64,000 nucleotides of DNA. It comes from Tubulanus polymorphus (taxonomy: Eukaryota > Animalia > Nemertea). The stretch's first letter is position 1. Every line of letters starts with the position of its first letter. The stretch spans positions 25,400,299 through 25,464,298 of the forward strand of contig NC_134025.1 in NCBI RefSeq assembly GCF_964204645.1, read 5' to 3'. The notes beneath the pieces are model-generated. The model did not search any database and was not told the origin of the DNA. It worked only from the letters and a program-made list of their open reading frames with translations. Below, in pieces: positions 14,301-28,046 of this stretch. A program made the translations under genes and the position numbers.

Positions 14301-16584
14301 AGTTCAAAGTCTATCATATTGATTATCACAGACAGGAATAGACCCCCATGTGATCCACTAATCATCTTAATGTCTAACTGGTTATTTCTTTTTAAAACGA
14401 TGCACATGACCGCCTTTATTATAACTCTGTTCAATAGTTGCTAATCACACCAGTGACAATTGATTATTACGAGTATAAACTCTTCATTAATGAACATTGT
14501 TAAAATAAGAATCATTAATTCCAGTACTAAGCTTAATCACAAGGCAGGGTCACAACTGCTGACATTGGAACAATGAATTTCTTTTCGGCCAGAGCCACAG
14601 TACTCAGTACTTGCAATAACTAGCCAATTTGTCTCCAAAATAGTTGGAGACTAAAAAACCATTCTGTCCACAGTCTATTAGACATAACTAGGGTCTACTC
14701 AACTTATGATTCCAAAAGTGATAAAAATGCAAAAAAAAATTAAAAAACATTTGAATTTGAAATTTATTTAAATTAGAGAAATCAACAGATGCATCCTGCA
14801 TAATTTGTGTACATATGTCCTAGTCCCTGGACATCACCTGCCAAATCACACCTCCAGTGTGGAGGTTGCATAACTTCACTAGTAGGTGCACTCATGAACA
14901 CACAAGCATTGAAACTAGTCAAGTCATTTTCCCTCAAGACAATGTACAATGAGAAATAGGCAGATGGCATTATTTATACAGTAAATAAAAAATAATCTCC
15001 TGCATGCTGCCAAAATGATAATCAACTAGTTAACAAATACAGACTCATGGTCAGTGTGTGTAATGCTAACTGAGATATGTTATTTTTACCATTCAAAACA
15101 ACAAAATTACTTGTCAATGTACAATAGGCATCATGTGCCCCACACTTTTGTTTCTTGACAAATTTGAATTTCTGTTATCACTTCAGCCATTTCTAGAACT
15201 CTCAGAGCAGAACTATGCTTTGGTTTTTTTACTGCTAATTATGATCTCATTTGTTTGAAAACCTTGTTTAGAGCAAAAATCATGGTGGGATCAAAGTTGT
15301 GAAAACAATTGTAGGCAGGTGCCTTAGCTAGTGCAAATTAGGTGCCAAATGTCCAGCAATTATAACTGTCCACTTGTGACCAGAAAGCATTATACTGACC
15401 AATTAGCGAAGTTCATTATAAAGAGCAAGTTAGTTAATCAGTCTGGCTAGACAATAACCATTCACACATCTCAGCTCATTAAGGGAATACTTGTTCACAC
15501 ATTCAAACTAATTGTTTAAACCTACTACAGTTCTGACAGAACAGAGTTTTACCCTTTCTGAATTGTGTTGGGACTAAATATATAATATATAATTGCGAAC
15601 TTGTGAAATGACAACAATCCACGTTGAACATTGAGCCTTACTACAGTACATTTGCGATTTGGAATGACACAATTTTTCAATCAAATTTTTTCACAAAGTT
15701 CATCAGTTAAACGAGTTCAGTCCATGGTTTCAGCGTTATCAACTATTCTCATCTGGATGGATCGATAGATGATAAATATGTGATTGTGAATTTATCGCTT
15801 AAAATACACACGGTTTTCATCTTTTACCTGAAATGTCTGCTTAAGCTGCGGTGTGCCCTCAACCATAACACGTAAATAAACGCATGTGCTTTTTGTGACA
15901 GGTGCTGCCACCATGCGACCTATCGCATACACCAATTAGCCAATTATCAATACCAAACACACGCCTTTGTTTTCCTCGATTGTTATGACCGTTGTTTTTT
16001 GTTCAGTTTGTGAAAATGGCAAAATGCCACTTGAGTTTGCGATATATTTATATATCGCAACGAAATACGTTTATAGAGCAGACCCTTGGTTTATCGAGTG
16101 AGTAGTGGTCGACCCGACTGAGATATAAAAACGCTAATCGTATGGTGGCGCAGACTTTTAAGTATACATATATAATTCTGTAGTTCTACGAACTATCATT
16201 TGGAATCACTTTTCGAAGATTTCGAATATGCTTTTTTTCGTGACTTCATAGATGAATTAAGGCAATTATCTTATCGAATTTTTTCAAGGCTGAATTCTTT
16301 TAAGCTTAAATGAAAATTTAAATATATTGATATATATTTTTACTTGTACAGAATGGTGTTAGATTTTGATTACTAGATTTTATATTTTTTCAGTTTACTT
16401 TGAAATAAGATTAATTCAATTAGGGATTAAAAAATCACCAAACAGTGAATCGATCTATAAATCTTTCTACTGAGTATAATCTAGGGCCTAACAGTTAGGC
16501 CCATGACTCGAGTTGATAAGTTCATCTTTAGATTAGATCTCGAGGTTTTAGTATTTCTACCGCGTAGTCACACTTGTTTTGAGA

Positions 16585-16760
16585 GTCCCGCGCGGCGGAC
16601 ACGCACCTGATGCGGCTAATTTGATTGGACGCTTCGTTCCGGGTTGACCTGGATTTTCAACTAATCACCGGCGCGTTTATGTATCGATCGTATAGGGCCG
16701 ATTTTGACCAATCAGCGTCACGCACACACGTACGGATCATGTAGCGCCTATTTCAAACAG
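16585..16760 (+). promoter_or_regulatory. GC-rich promoter of ARHGAP11A with CCAAT boxes and a CHR-like element
   Basis: ATTGG at 16624, CCAAT at 16708, TTCAAA (reverse CHR) at 16752 and CGCGCGG at ~16589, within a CpG-rich patch 110-280 bp upstream of the ATG at 16867. Confidence 0.55.
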
Positions 16761-16866
16761 TGGTACACTCAGAACTAGAATGGACAGCTAACCGTGCGGC
16801 ACGACATGTAAAACACTCCGTATTTTTTTCCAGGATTCAAGGTTTTATCGCTCGAAACGCTTCAAA

Positions 16867-19800
16867 ATGAAAACTGTATTCGAGCTCGACGATTTACACG
16901 GACTTAAGGCCCTTGCCGAACGCGAGATCAAGGAATTAGGAATCGAATTGCCGAAAAATAAGAAGTCAAAAGGAGTACAAAAATCACAATCTCAGGTGAG
17001 TCGCCATTTTTGTTTACGATTCTTCTTTTGTTAGGTCTACCGGTATGTTGATAGCGCTATAGGTAGCGGACATCATGACACGGAGAACCTAGGTCATCCT
17101 TTATGAAAACCACATAATGTCTGACCCAAGATTTGGGTCAGAATTTTATTTCACATTTTATGTTGGAGGGAAAAATGACACTTGCGGATACAGGATCCAG
17201 TCTTTTACTCTTTAGTGTCTGGTTCATTGACCGGTTTTGTATATAAATTGTTAAATTCTCTAACAAATGACCTGTAAATAAAAGTTCCGCAAGGCCTATT
17301 AGTACTACTTGAGGTAGTTTGGTACCAGTACCAGTACCAGTATCATTGTAGCAAGGCCTAGTTTGTACTCGACCAAGTGAAGTAGGTATGCCTATAGCCT
17401 ATACTGGTACCTGTAACTGTTTCATCCCACATTACAGCCTACTATTACGATGGAAACACTTGATGTAAATTCGGTTGTGGTGGGATAGGACCTATACTAG
17501 CTTTGCCAATATTTTATAATTCATTACATTGTGTATAAATGTAATAGGCCTATTTATGTTACATCCTGACCAATTTTGAAAATCTTACAGCACATAGGCC
17601 TATACATTGTATCAAAATTAAAAAAACCTTAACTAAGATCAGACTGAAGTTCACTTATTCTAGGGCCTATTAGGCTGACAGAAGGTAGTGATGCCATAAC
17701 CTTACCGCAAATCAATTAACTGCCCATAGGTGCATGTGTCTTACATGTAGCCTAATTACTAATCTGTTCTTGTCGTACACACTAGGCCTATGTGTTGAAA
17801 CCAGTGACTAATTTTCCTCCATCCATGGAAAGTGTATTGAACTCTTTTTGGTTACAGCTAAGTCCCCTGAATTGGTATAGTGTACCAAATTTTGTGAGAC
17901 CTCGTGATGAAATTTATTGTTGAAAACAAAATTTCATGACTTTGAAGCAATGATTGCTATTCATTTTTAACCCTGGGGCCAGTAGCCTACTAAAATTCAC
18001 TAAGTTAATTTGTCAATTACGAAAATACCACTGTAATAATGCAATGTTAAATCGGTTAATCTTTAAAACACCACTGGCTCCAGCATGTTATTCAGCCTCT
18101 TACATTTATAGTTATGAACCTATGACAATGTTCTTTTTTTCTAACAATCCCTTATTATTTGCAATGGCATTTTTCATCAGCTGAATCCGAATGAAATCAG
18201 TAAAAACCCTAGATGGATGTAGTCATTGCACTGATGAATTTTATGGTCCTTGAAATTTGAAATTGTTAATTAATTGTTTACGTCGTATTTATATCTTTCA
18301 GGAAAAAGCTAATCAGAGCGCTATATTCGGTAACCCGCTATTAAACGTCCCATCGGCTTACGTGTATGGATATGGCTATGTACCACGGTAAGAACATATT
18401 TCACCCTGATCTCTTAACTCCTCGAGACAGATATCCGAATAATAAGTAATCTGCAATAGTCTCCTCCAAAACATGCACGTATTTTCATATCTCGCAATTT
18501 AGATAGAATTTAGGCTCCAAGATCAATCGTGTATAATCTTGGATCATTCTAATCAATCATATTGAGAAAAATAGCATTTTTTAAAACTGTTCGCGTGGTC
18601 AGCGTGTAGTTGGGTGCACTTATCCCATTAACAACCCGTGTTTTCATTACACAGTGTTCGAGTGCTATAGGTGTAATCGCGTTCTATTCAATTCAGTTTA
18701 CCTAGCGACTAAAGTCTCATTATTCGACATAAAAAAATCTGATATGATGGCATTTGTATTTTTCTCAGCGAGGTCTTGATTGAAAAAATGGGTTCTCTTA
18801 TATGCGCGCTGTTATTTATAACCCAAAAGGTGCATAGGACATTGTTGATGAATGGAGGGCCATCATTGAGCCCTGTGAAGATTGGTAGCAAATCATACAT
18901 CCCCAGGCAAACATCTACAATGCTTTTCGAAATTTTCAATTCATGCCATTTTAGTTCATTCATGAAGGATCTCGTGAACTATAGCCATTGACCTAGCACA
19001 AGACAGGCTTGCTGTCTGGCTTGAGACCCACACGAATGCATCAATTCATGAGCGCGAACCATTGTTTGCAAACTGAATGCCCCTATAGGTATTTTTAGGG
19101 AAGGGCCTCGGATGCCTTTTGTCGCCCTACTTCACCATGTTTTGGAGAATTTTCAATGACACCCAACACCTGGCATATGTGCATCCGATTTTCAAAAATA
19201 ACCCATCGGAATTTGAAATTTCAATAGATTTCATTTCATGCCCTTATGATGCGTTCTGGGGTGATGATTAGGTTAAATTACATCATCAAAAATCATAATG
19301 GATGTGATAAGTGTTCAAATAAGATTGCATCAACTAAAACCAAAGCCTCCACTCATAAACTCAATGATCCCGAATATTGAGTTTCAAAATCCTAAATTTC
19401 ATAGAAGCAATTTTTGAAAAATTCAGATTGATATAATTATATGATTCATTAATATAAAATTATTCTCAATTCTCAATTATAGATTTTTGGTAGAAGCCGC
19501 AGCTTACATCGATGAACACATAACATCTGAAGGTATATTCCGTAAAGCTGGATCTCACAGTCGACAGAAGGAATTGCGGGTAAGAAATTGTTGATTTACA
19601 TAGCTACGGATTACGAGTGTCGCATTACTAATATTCATAGTAAAAGAAAAACCAGAATCTCATTAATTGCAAATCCCCCCCCCCCACGGATTAGCAGAAT
19701 CTGAAATATAATCTTATTGACTCAGTCTAAGCCGCTTTTATTTATCACTCATTGTTTCTGCTGGTGGATTTTGTATGAAAAAAAGGAAATGTGCTAATCT

Positions 19801-22800
19801 TCATTGAATTTCATTTCCTCTGATTAAATTTCATTTTTGACTTTTTTCTTCCAGCAAACTATCGACAATGGGGGACACCTGTCGCAAGTCAGATTAGTCG
19901 ACGACGTCGCTAATCTCGTCAAACAGTTTTTCCGAGAGCTGCCCGAACCGCTCATCACAAATACGTTACACAGCACATTCCTGCAATGTCTTGAACTCGA
20001 AGATGATCTTCACGTCGAAGCCGTGCTTCTTCTGTGTCTGACTTTACCAATTGAACACCTCAGCGCGCTTCGCTTCATTTTCAACCTGCTTTCGAATGTC
20101 GTCGCGAACTGCGATCGCAATAAGATGGACGCCGCGAACTTGGCGAAGGTGATAACGCCGAATATAATGAGAAATCACGCCCGAACTGATAAAGCCGCGC
20201 CGTTTGACGAGAAACTTTTAGACGCCGAAACGAAAGTCATACGTTTGTTGATCGAGAACGCCGACGAGATCGGTTGCGTGCAGGGTTCAACTTTAGAAAA
20301 GATGAACATGATGTCTAGTCTGGCTGGATTCTCCGGCGATGAATTGTGTTCCGATTCGTTGGCTGATTGCAAGCAGAGGAAGAAAAAACGTCGCAGTGGG
20401 TCTTTACAAGGTTTGTATTGTGCGCATGGTTATCCCGCTGTTTGTAGTTAGCGTGGCTGCTGTCTCTTTTCACATTTTTCTCACCTATTCTTCCGTGTGC
20501 TCTAACGACGAAACGAAGTCAATTTTCCCAACTTCCTCACTCCCTGCTAAGTTTGATTAACATGTGTTGAAAGATCAAAAGGAAGTTCGTGAGATATTGT
20601 ACGAATGTATGCGGACTCACGAAAGCCTAGCGTTCATTTGTGAATATTGATGATGAATTCATATTTTATTATTATTTTTTGTTTAGGAATGATTAACAGC
20701 ATAAACAGTAGTTTATCGAAGTGGCGCAATAAAACAACCTCGAGCTCTTCAATAACGAGCAGCAAGTCCGATATCTCTGTGAAGTCTGATCAGTCCCTGT
20801 CGAACAATTTACCGACTGCCGCTCCCATTGTTCGAAAACGTAAAGCTGGCGAAGAAATTCCATTTTCTCTTTCAAAAAAGTAAGTTACAATGAAGCTTAC
20901 ACTCGAAATGACTATTGAAGTACCTCATATTGAGGAATTAGAAATATCTCGTAGTCATCATATCATAACTAACTCTAACAACTAATGATTCACTTTTAGG
21001 AAAGCTATATTGAAACAGTTACCTCAGCAGTCAGTTATGGCCAACTTCACTCCAGCAGCTAATAAGGGTAAATCTGGTGATGATCCATTGACTCCGACGA
21101 TAGCGTTTGTTTCACCCGACTCACCGATGCAGTTTACGGCTTTACCGTCGAGCGATCAGAAAATGAGTTCAGCGAAGAAAAAACGATTCCCAAGTCCATT
21201 CAGAAAGAAAAATAAGAGGTAAGCAAAATTTGTGATAAGACTTAATGATAAGTTAAAGCAATGATTTTTAGGAAAAAAAACTTTTAACCTCAAAAAACTA
21301 ATTTTTGATTATTATATAATTTACAGATATTCATCGGGGAAAATATCATGTTCACCTCGTAGCAAACGTAATATCTTCCGTCGATCCAGTGGAAAAAATT
21401 CAGCACCGGTAAGATATTCACTATTTACGGAATCTTAAGTGACTCGCATGTAGTGTCTGTTGTTTCATTGAAAATAACTTTATTCCCGTTTCTTGAATTT
21501 TCAGTCTACGCCGACGAGTACGGGTGGTTCTTCGATTCTATCCGGAAACAGTGAAGATTCCTCGCTCAGCGGTTCGGATGCCGGAAGCTTCAGTCGGTCG
21601 AGGTCACGTTTGAAGAAGCGCATGGGCAGCTTCTTCAAGAAACACAAGAAAACGCCGAGTTCGCCGGGTAGTTCGTTCATGGGTTTACCAATAATTCGTC
21701 GGGCTCGTTCGCAGGGCGTAATGGGCGTCGACAACGAATGCGTGAAAATGGTCGACATGCAGATGTTAGACAGTCATCACCGCGCGAATGGTTTATGCCA
21801 CGCCGATAAACTATCGATGCCCGATGCGATGATAAATCGATCGGAGGCCGTCGAGAACAGGAACCCTCATAAACGCGCGTTCTCTGCCGACAGCTCTCTG
21901 CCACGCGGCGCGCTCAGACGAGGCAAACCAAACTCCGAACGTAGTGGTTTAGTTCGTCGCAGCATCGAACGTCCGATTCAGACGTCCGGATCGTCGATCG
22001 ATTCGAACGAAGATGCCGTACGTTTAGAAATCAACGTTCAACTGGCCACACCAGAATCCGAAAAAAGCAAATCCGATAAGAACGCGTCGCCTTGTGGTAG
22101 CGAATTGTCGAGTATATCCGCGCAATCGAGTCAACCCACTAATGTTTCTCCTGCTAATCATTCGCTGGTTAGTTGTTCACAGGAGAGCACCGTGAGTGGC
22201 CACCCGATTCGCACCTCGTCGCCGAAAGATGCCGTACACAGTTCGGAAGCCGTCGCTGAAATCTGCGATTCTGAATCGATTGTTTCGCATAGCACCTCGA
22301 AATTGCTGCCTCATTATGTTTCAAGTTCGAATGCTGGTAATTCTGATGAACAATGTGGTGCCGTTGCAATGGACACTGAAACTGCAAATTCCGATTCAAA
22401 ATCAGCCGATACCTCTGGTCTTGCAGCCTTAGTTATGAATCCTGTCTTAACGAAACCGATATTGACGTCATTGACTCCTGAAAGTTCGTTATCTAAACTT
22501 GTTTCTGAATGCGTCGAATCAGAAAACTGTATAAACCTGTTGAAAACTGTATGCAATTCAGAAATTGACTCCGTGAAAAATGTTGATTCGTCTGAACTGA
22601 GAGAAAAATGTGCTAAAATTGAAAACCCATCCGAGCTGCGTGTGCTGCGTAGTGGCAGACGCAGAGAAAGAGAACCTAGAGAGAAACGGGTTGCTGCTTC
22701 TCACTCTTCTTCGAAAGAAGCTAGAGCGCGTCGCAATCACGAATCCAAAGAATCGAAGAAAAACACTGAATCGCGTGAATATAAAAAGGAAAATGTTGAA

Positions 22801-23991
22801 ATTTCATCGACAAACGATTCACAAGCCATTAAAAGTAACACCGATTCGATGATGAGTCAGGTGAAGGAAACGATCGTCTCGACTCGAGAACAGATAAAAC
22901 GTTCTCAAACGTTGCGAAGTAAAACCAGATCAGCAGCAATCGCGCGGCGACCCAGTATTAAGGAACCGAAACTTCAGATTTCGTCGGAAACGCAGAAGTT
23001 GTTGTCGGGTGCCGGTTATATGAACTCGCGCCCACCAACGCCGGTACAAAGCGAAACTGACAGTATCGACGTCGTAATCGTACATCCTCCCAGTCCGAAG
23101 AAAAAACTTTTCGCCAATGTCGCGTCATTCGACAAGGCTACGAACGAAAGCGTCATGAACTTACAAGCCGCCGGTCACGTGAAAGAAAATATCAATGTGT
23201 TCTCGCAGAGGTCGAAGTCTTCCGACAACAACGACGTATCAGAGAGGCTCTCCGCGAGACCGAATATTACTCGTAAACGAGGTATATCGCCCGTGCGCAT
23301 TCCAACCATATTCGCTAAATCGACCGAAGAGGCGGCGGCGTACCGAGAAAAACTGAAAAATATCAAGAAAAATTCGCCGACGCCAAATCGAACCGACGCG
23401 CAAGCTCGTGCTAAAGCTAATTTACCGATTAATACGTGTTTACTTCGATCGATCGCCGCTTCTCATCAATCCAAGTTTAATATTGTTAATGAAGACGGCG
23501 AATCGAAAGAGAACGTACAACCTTCAAATCCATGTGCTAAAAGACCGAATTACGACGAACTGATGAAATTATGTACGCCGGTGAAACCAGTCGCGCGCTT
23601 ACCGCCGAATACGAACTGTTCTAGTAGACAGGAATCGGGCCTGAGAGACTTAAGTAACATTCAGCAAAACATGTCGATAATGCCGTTAATGCCGAAAATG
23701 AAGCAAGTTGCTTTAGCTAGTGATATCACTCAGTCGTTGCTATCGCGTAAACTGGGTACGAAGCACGCCGCGTTAAAAAACTTTCGATTGCGGGAAGTGA
23801 CGTCGAAGCGCACCGGTTCCCCGATGAAACCGCTGAAACGGCTGCATTCGCCGCATAATTCTCCGAGACTTTTGTTTCAGAAATCGCCGCGGAAATTTCC
23901 GACCTCGCCCGTGCGTCCAGTGTTCCAGCGCAAGTGTCTCGGAAACAGTCCGATTCCGACTCAAGTGAAAGAAGATCTGTCGTTGTATTGA
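16867..23991 (+). CDS. ARHGAP11A: Rho GTPase-activating protein 11A
   Basis: About 8 exons (16867-16995, ~18302-18387, ~19483-19579, 19855-20410, ~20687-20880, ~21000-21219, ~21328-21408, 21505-23991). RhoGAP motifs IFGNPL, YGYVPRFLVEAA, EGIFRKAG (arginine finger), KQFFRELPEPL and NKMDAANLA, followed by KKKRRSGS and a long disordered S/P-rich tail, match the ARHGAP11A architecture. Confidence 0.88.
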
Positions 23992-26900
23992 TGTACCTCA
24001 CGATAATCAGTTTACTAGGTTAGGTGATGAGTTTAGAATGTGTAGGATTTTATACAGAATAGGAACTATCATCCATCCAAGTGTATTCGTCCATACCAAT
24101 ACTTGAAATGTGATAGGAAAAAAGCTTGAGTATTTAAAATGTTTAATTACATAGAAATATATACATACATGTATAAATTGCCTTGTAAGAATTACTGGCT
24201 TGATGAAACGGGTTCAAAATCAATGATGGAATTTTTTGGCTAATTGTAGCGATAATTGTATATTTATGTGTGAATGTTGGTTTGAGTGTTTGACGAGTGC
24301 AAGAGGGTTTCAAATGAACTAGAAATGTGTGCTCTTTGTACAGACTGAATATTTCTATCTAGGATAATTCTACTATGATTAAAGATTTATAAGTAGTATT
24401 GTGCCACTCTGGCCAACAAAATTGTTAAAATAGATCAAAAGAAATGTAATGAAAACTATTTCGGATTAGATTTAGAACTCAGTTATATGCATGAATTAGT
24501 GAATATTTGTAGGCATTGATTTTGTATATTTTGGAGAAGTGTATTATAATAGTTTGAAACAGGAATGTAATAACGTTAATAGATGATACTTGATTTCGCA
24601 TCTTTCTCTAGTGTATGCAGAGAAATTTTATAATTCTTTAAATCAGATTTCAATTATTTCCACCTCGTAGTTGAGTCATCGGAATAGGATTTAATCTTGA
24701 TGAGACATTTTTCGATTTTCGTTTCGTTGATCTCAAGATTAATATCGTATTTTTGATATTAAATAGTAGTCATGTAAATATACGCTTGCCTTAGGTCAAT
24801 CAGTCATTTAATTTCAGTGATAACTAGTGTGATTTGCCAGTCGAACAATTGTTATGCCTTTCAATCCTTATGTACATGGTTGTCATGTATATTGTCTTTA
24901 TATTATTATTACAAGATTATATTCAATTAAATCTCTATCATTATTATTATTATGATAAATATAAGATGTATGTTATTGATTGTAAAATAGATGAACAAAA
25001 GAAATATTAAATTATATGTATATTATGAGAAATAATTTGGTTGGCAGTTTTGAAATTATTTTTTTCTGAAAGGATGTTTATTGAGGATTAAACGATGAGC
25101 AGCTGAAGTTGAGCATTCTACAAATTGATTCCCGACCCAACATCTTTGACAGAGGAATATGGTGCAATTACATTGAGGATATTGAAATTTCTTCAAATTA
25201 GTGGATTTACATTCATTCCCTTTAATTAACTATCACTAGTCTTCGATGTGGTCATTTATTCTGAGATGCTTTTAAGCTTCACATTCAATGTGCCTAACTA
25301 TAGACTGGAAAATTAGGCTTTCTAAATTTGAGGCCTTCATTTCTATAGGTGTGAATCTATTGATGTCCATCTGCTTGGATCACTTCATTTCCTGTGAGAA
25401 TGATAATGAATTCAAACGTCAAAATTTGGCTAAGTTATATTCGAGAAAATTAGCATTTGTCTAGGATTCCGACCTAGTCATTTGCTTCACGGACCATCAC
25501 TTTCACAACTAATGATTATTTCTCTCGATTGAATGTTTCGAATTTCATTCATATACTTATACCATCGACCATGTCCTGTATGAGCAGACAGATTTAAAAT
25601 GTTTGCTCGTTATTTATGGTCTTGAAGTGTAAGATACACTGTTTTTTGTTAAGAATAAATTCCTCTTGTTTGAACATAAATCTCCCACGTTATCAAAGCA
25701 AAGTCATCTAGATTATTTCTTAGAAAATCTGTGACGCATGAACTGGCATACTGCACAACACACGCTCCTGTTGTACATGATGACACCCACACAAATATTT
25801 GTCATTTCATCCTCTCTGTTGCTACGTGCTTTTTCCAAACCGTCAATTCATTACTGAAATCTTTTTCAAAACTACACGTATAGTATTAGACAAAATTCTT
25901 GAATAAGGATGTACTTATTCATTCATAGATGATATTTGGTAAATAGGCCTACTGTGGAAATCGATGTTATGATCGGGTTGAGCAATAAAGGAAAAGCGGC
26001 CGCTGAATTGCACAATGAGACCCATTATTCAATTACAACAAAGGATGAGTAACATTCCTTTACGCTTCATATTACAAAGATAACTGGTAATTTTGATATT
26101 AATTTCATTGTAAACCAACGGTTCTCTCGAGGAATTTCACCGGTATTTGTACCCGCCTAGTGACAACTAAAGTCAAAAGACCAAAATTCTTGAAATTGAA
26201 GTAGGAATTTGCTGAAGGTGGCTCAATGCCCGTTAGATATGTAGACAAAAGAATCATTACTTTCCAAATCCTGTCATTCATGATGTAACAATAAGAATTA
26301 TATATATTAGGTATGATATATTTTGACAAAGGTATATATATATATATATACATTTACATGTACTCACTATAACAACAAAGTTTACAATCATTTACACACT
26401 ATATAATGTATATCATGCATTAATTATTTTGTATCTCATCAAAATGGCCATCTTTAAATGTTATACACACTTAAAATTCAACTCATTAAAAAAATATGTA
26501 ATGAAAATGAAAATTACCAGGGTACTTATAAAAATACCTATTAATGACAGCTTAAACATCTATCATTTTAACTATCACAACTAAGAGCAATCAAGTAAGG
26601 CTGAATAGTCTGGTATTTCCAATTAGGTATGAAAAGGAAACAGAATGAGGATATCAGGTAAATGGTGAAGCTATCAAATTAGAAGAAGACCTCTCCTTTA
26701 AGGTCACAAACAAATTAATGAGCTATCAAAACCAAATTGAGAAACTGCATTGTTGTAAACTCTTAGATGAGTTATCATCGGATATCCTGGATAACAAAGA
26801 TTGCTTTGTAATCGAAAGAAAGATGTATAATTGAAATGATAGGAGTTGTATTAAGATGCAGAAGGGAGACATTAATTAAGTGATATTCTATTCTATCACA

Positions 26901-28046
26901 ATTGGTACGAATATACAGATATGTCATCTGTTTACATTTCAGAGAAACTGCTCTCAATAATAGGTATATTATAGACACTAGTAACCATCACATATAACTG
27001 TCAGGGATTACTGGGTATTCATCACAAAACCATATTGAACGCACTTCCACCCTTCACAGATCACCTACAAAGAGTCTGTCTATTTCATATTTGTGCATCT
27101 TTCAATTTGACTGGGTTCACAAAACCAACACACAAGCAAAATTCCCCTACATTCGCTTTTGACAAGCGCGCGTACTAGACTTTAATAAACAACTGCCTCC
27201 TTTTGTACATCATTCAATGCGATTGTAAAAGTACGAAGCATGAATGCAAATAGCAGTTTCTAGTTCGGCACAAATATTGCTTAGTAGACAAAAGAACTAC
27301 CAGTCTTTTCGTGGAGATCTAATTCACAATTATGAGCGATAACATGATATTGTTTTCTCACACTGCTGTAAAATGTCGGACAAATAGCTGTCTTTCCTGA
27401 ATAACTGTTTAGACAACCCGGTAATATCCAGGCTTGCTATTCATCTTCTGTATAAGAAAGTAAAATCATTGCATAAACGACAGATGTGGAGCTATTACGT
27501 ATAATATTTAAGTATCCCATCACTTTACACACAACTAGCCGTTCAAAAACAACCTGACCATTATAGAGAGGAGACTGACATCATAGCTACCGCTATATAA
27601 CAAAGTTTAGGAATGCTTCGCAATAATTAAAGAATGGAGCCGTTTTTTCACAAACTGACAAATCCAATAGACACTATAATTCATGAGTACATTGCTACTG
27701 CTTTGATTCCGACTTCATTGATAATACAATGTATTACATAAACATGAATAAACATACAACAGTAATTCATTATTTGATACAGATTAATATCTATTTATGA
27801 TATACTACTATATAATATCTCAGCATAAGACAGCCATATTATTCATCATACACATTCCATACATTTACAAAGTTAAGTCGATGTTCTTTTTTCATTTGGA
27901 GTCTGACTTGTCTTTGACTGAAAGCCCGAACAAAGGGGAGCACGAGCAATCCGATCATATAAAGCTGATTTACGGGTGAGGTGTTGGTAAATAGCCTTTT
28001 TTTCAATGCATTAAATGCTAGCGTCTTTACAATGAAGATTTATGCA

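Noticed and set aside
5000-15800. Short ORFs in the large introns of the RasGRP-like gene (e.g. 8401-8616, 12577-12777, 13492-13686)
   Set aside because: No recognisable domains, no consistent splice-phase chain and no transposase or reverse-transcriptase motifs.
21501-24001. Many 60-90 aa antisense and alternate-frame ORFs
   Set aside because: By-products of the GC-richer ARHGAP11A terminal exon.
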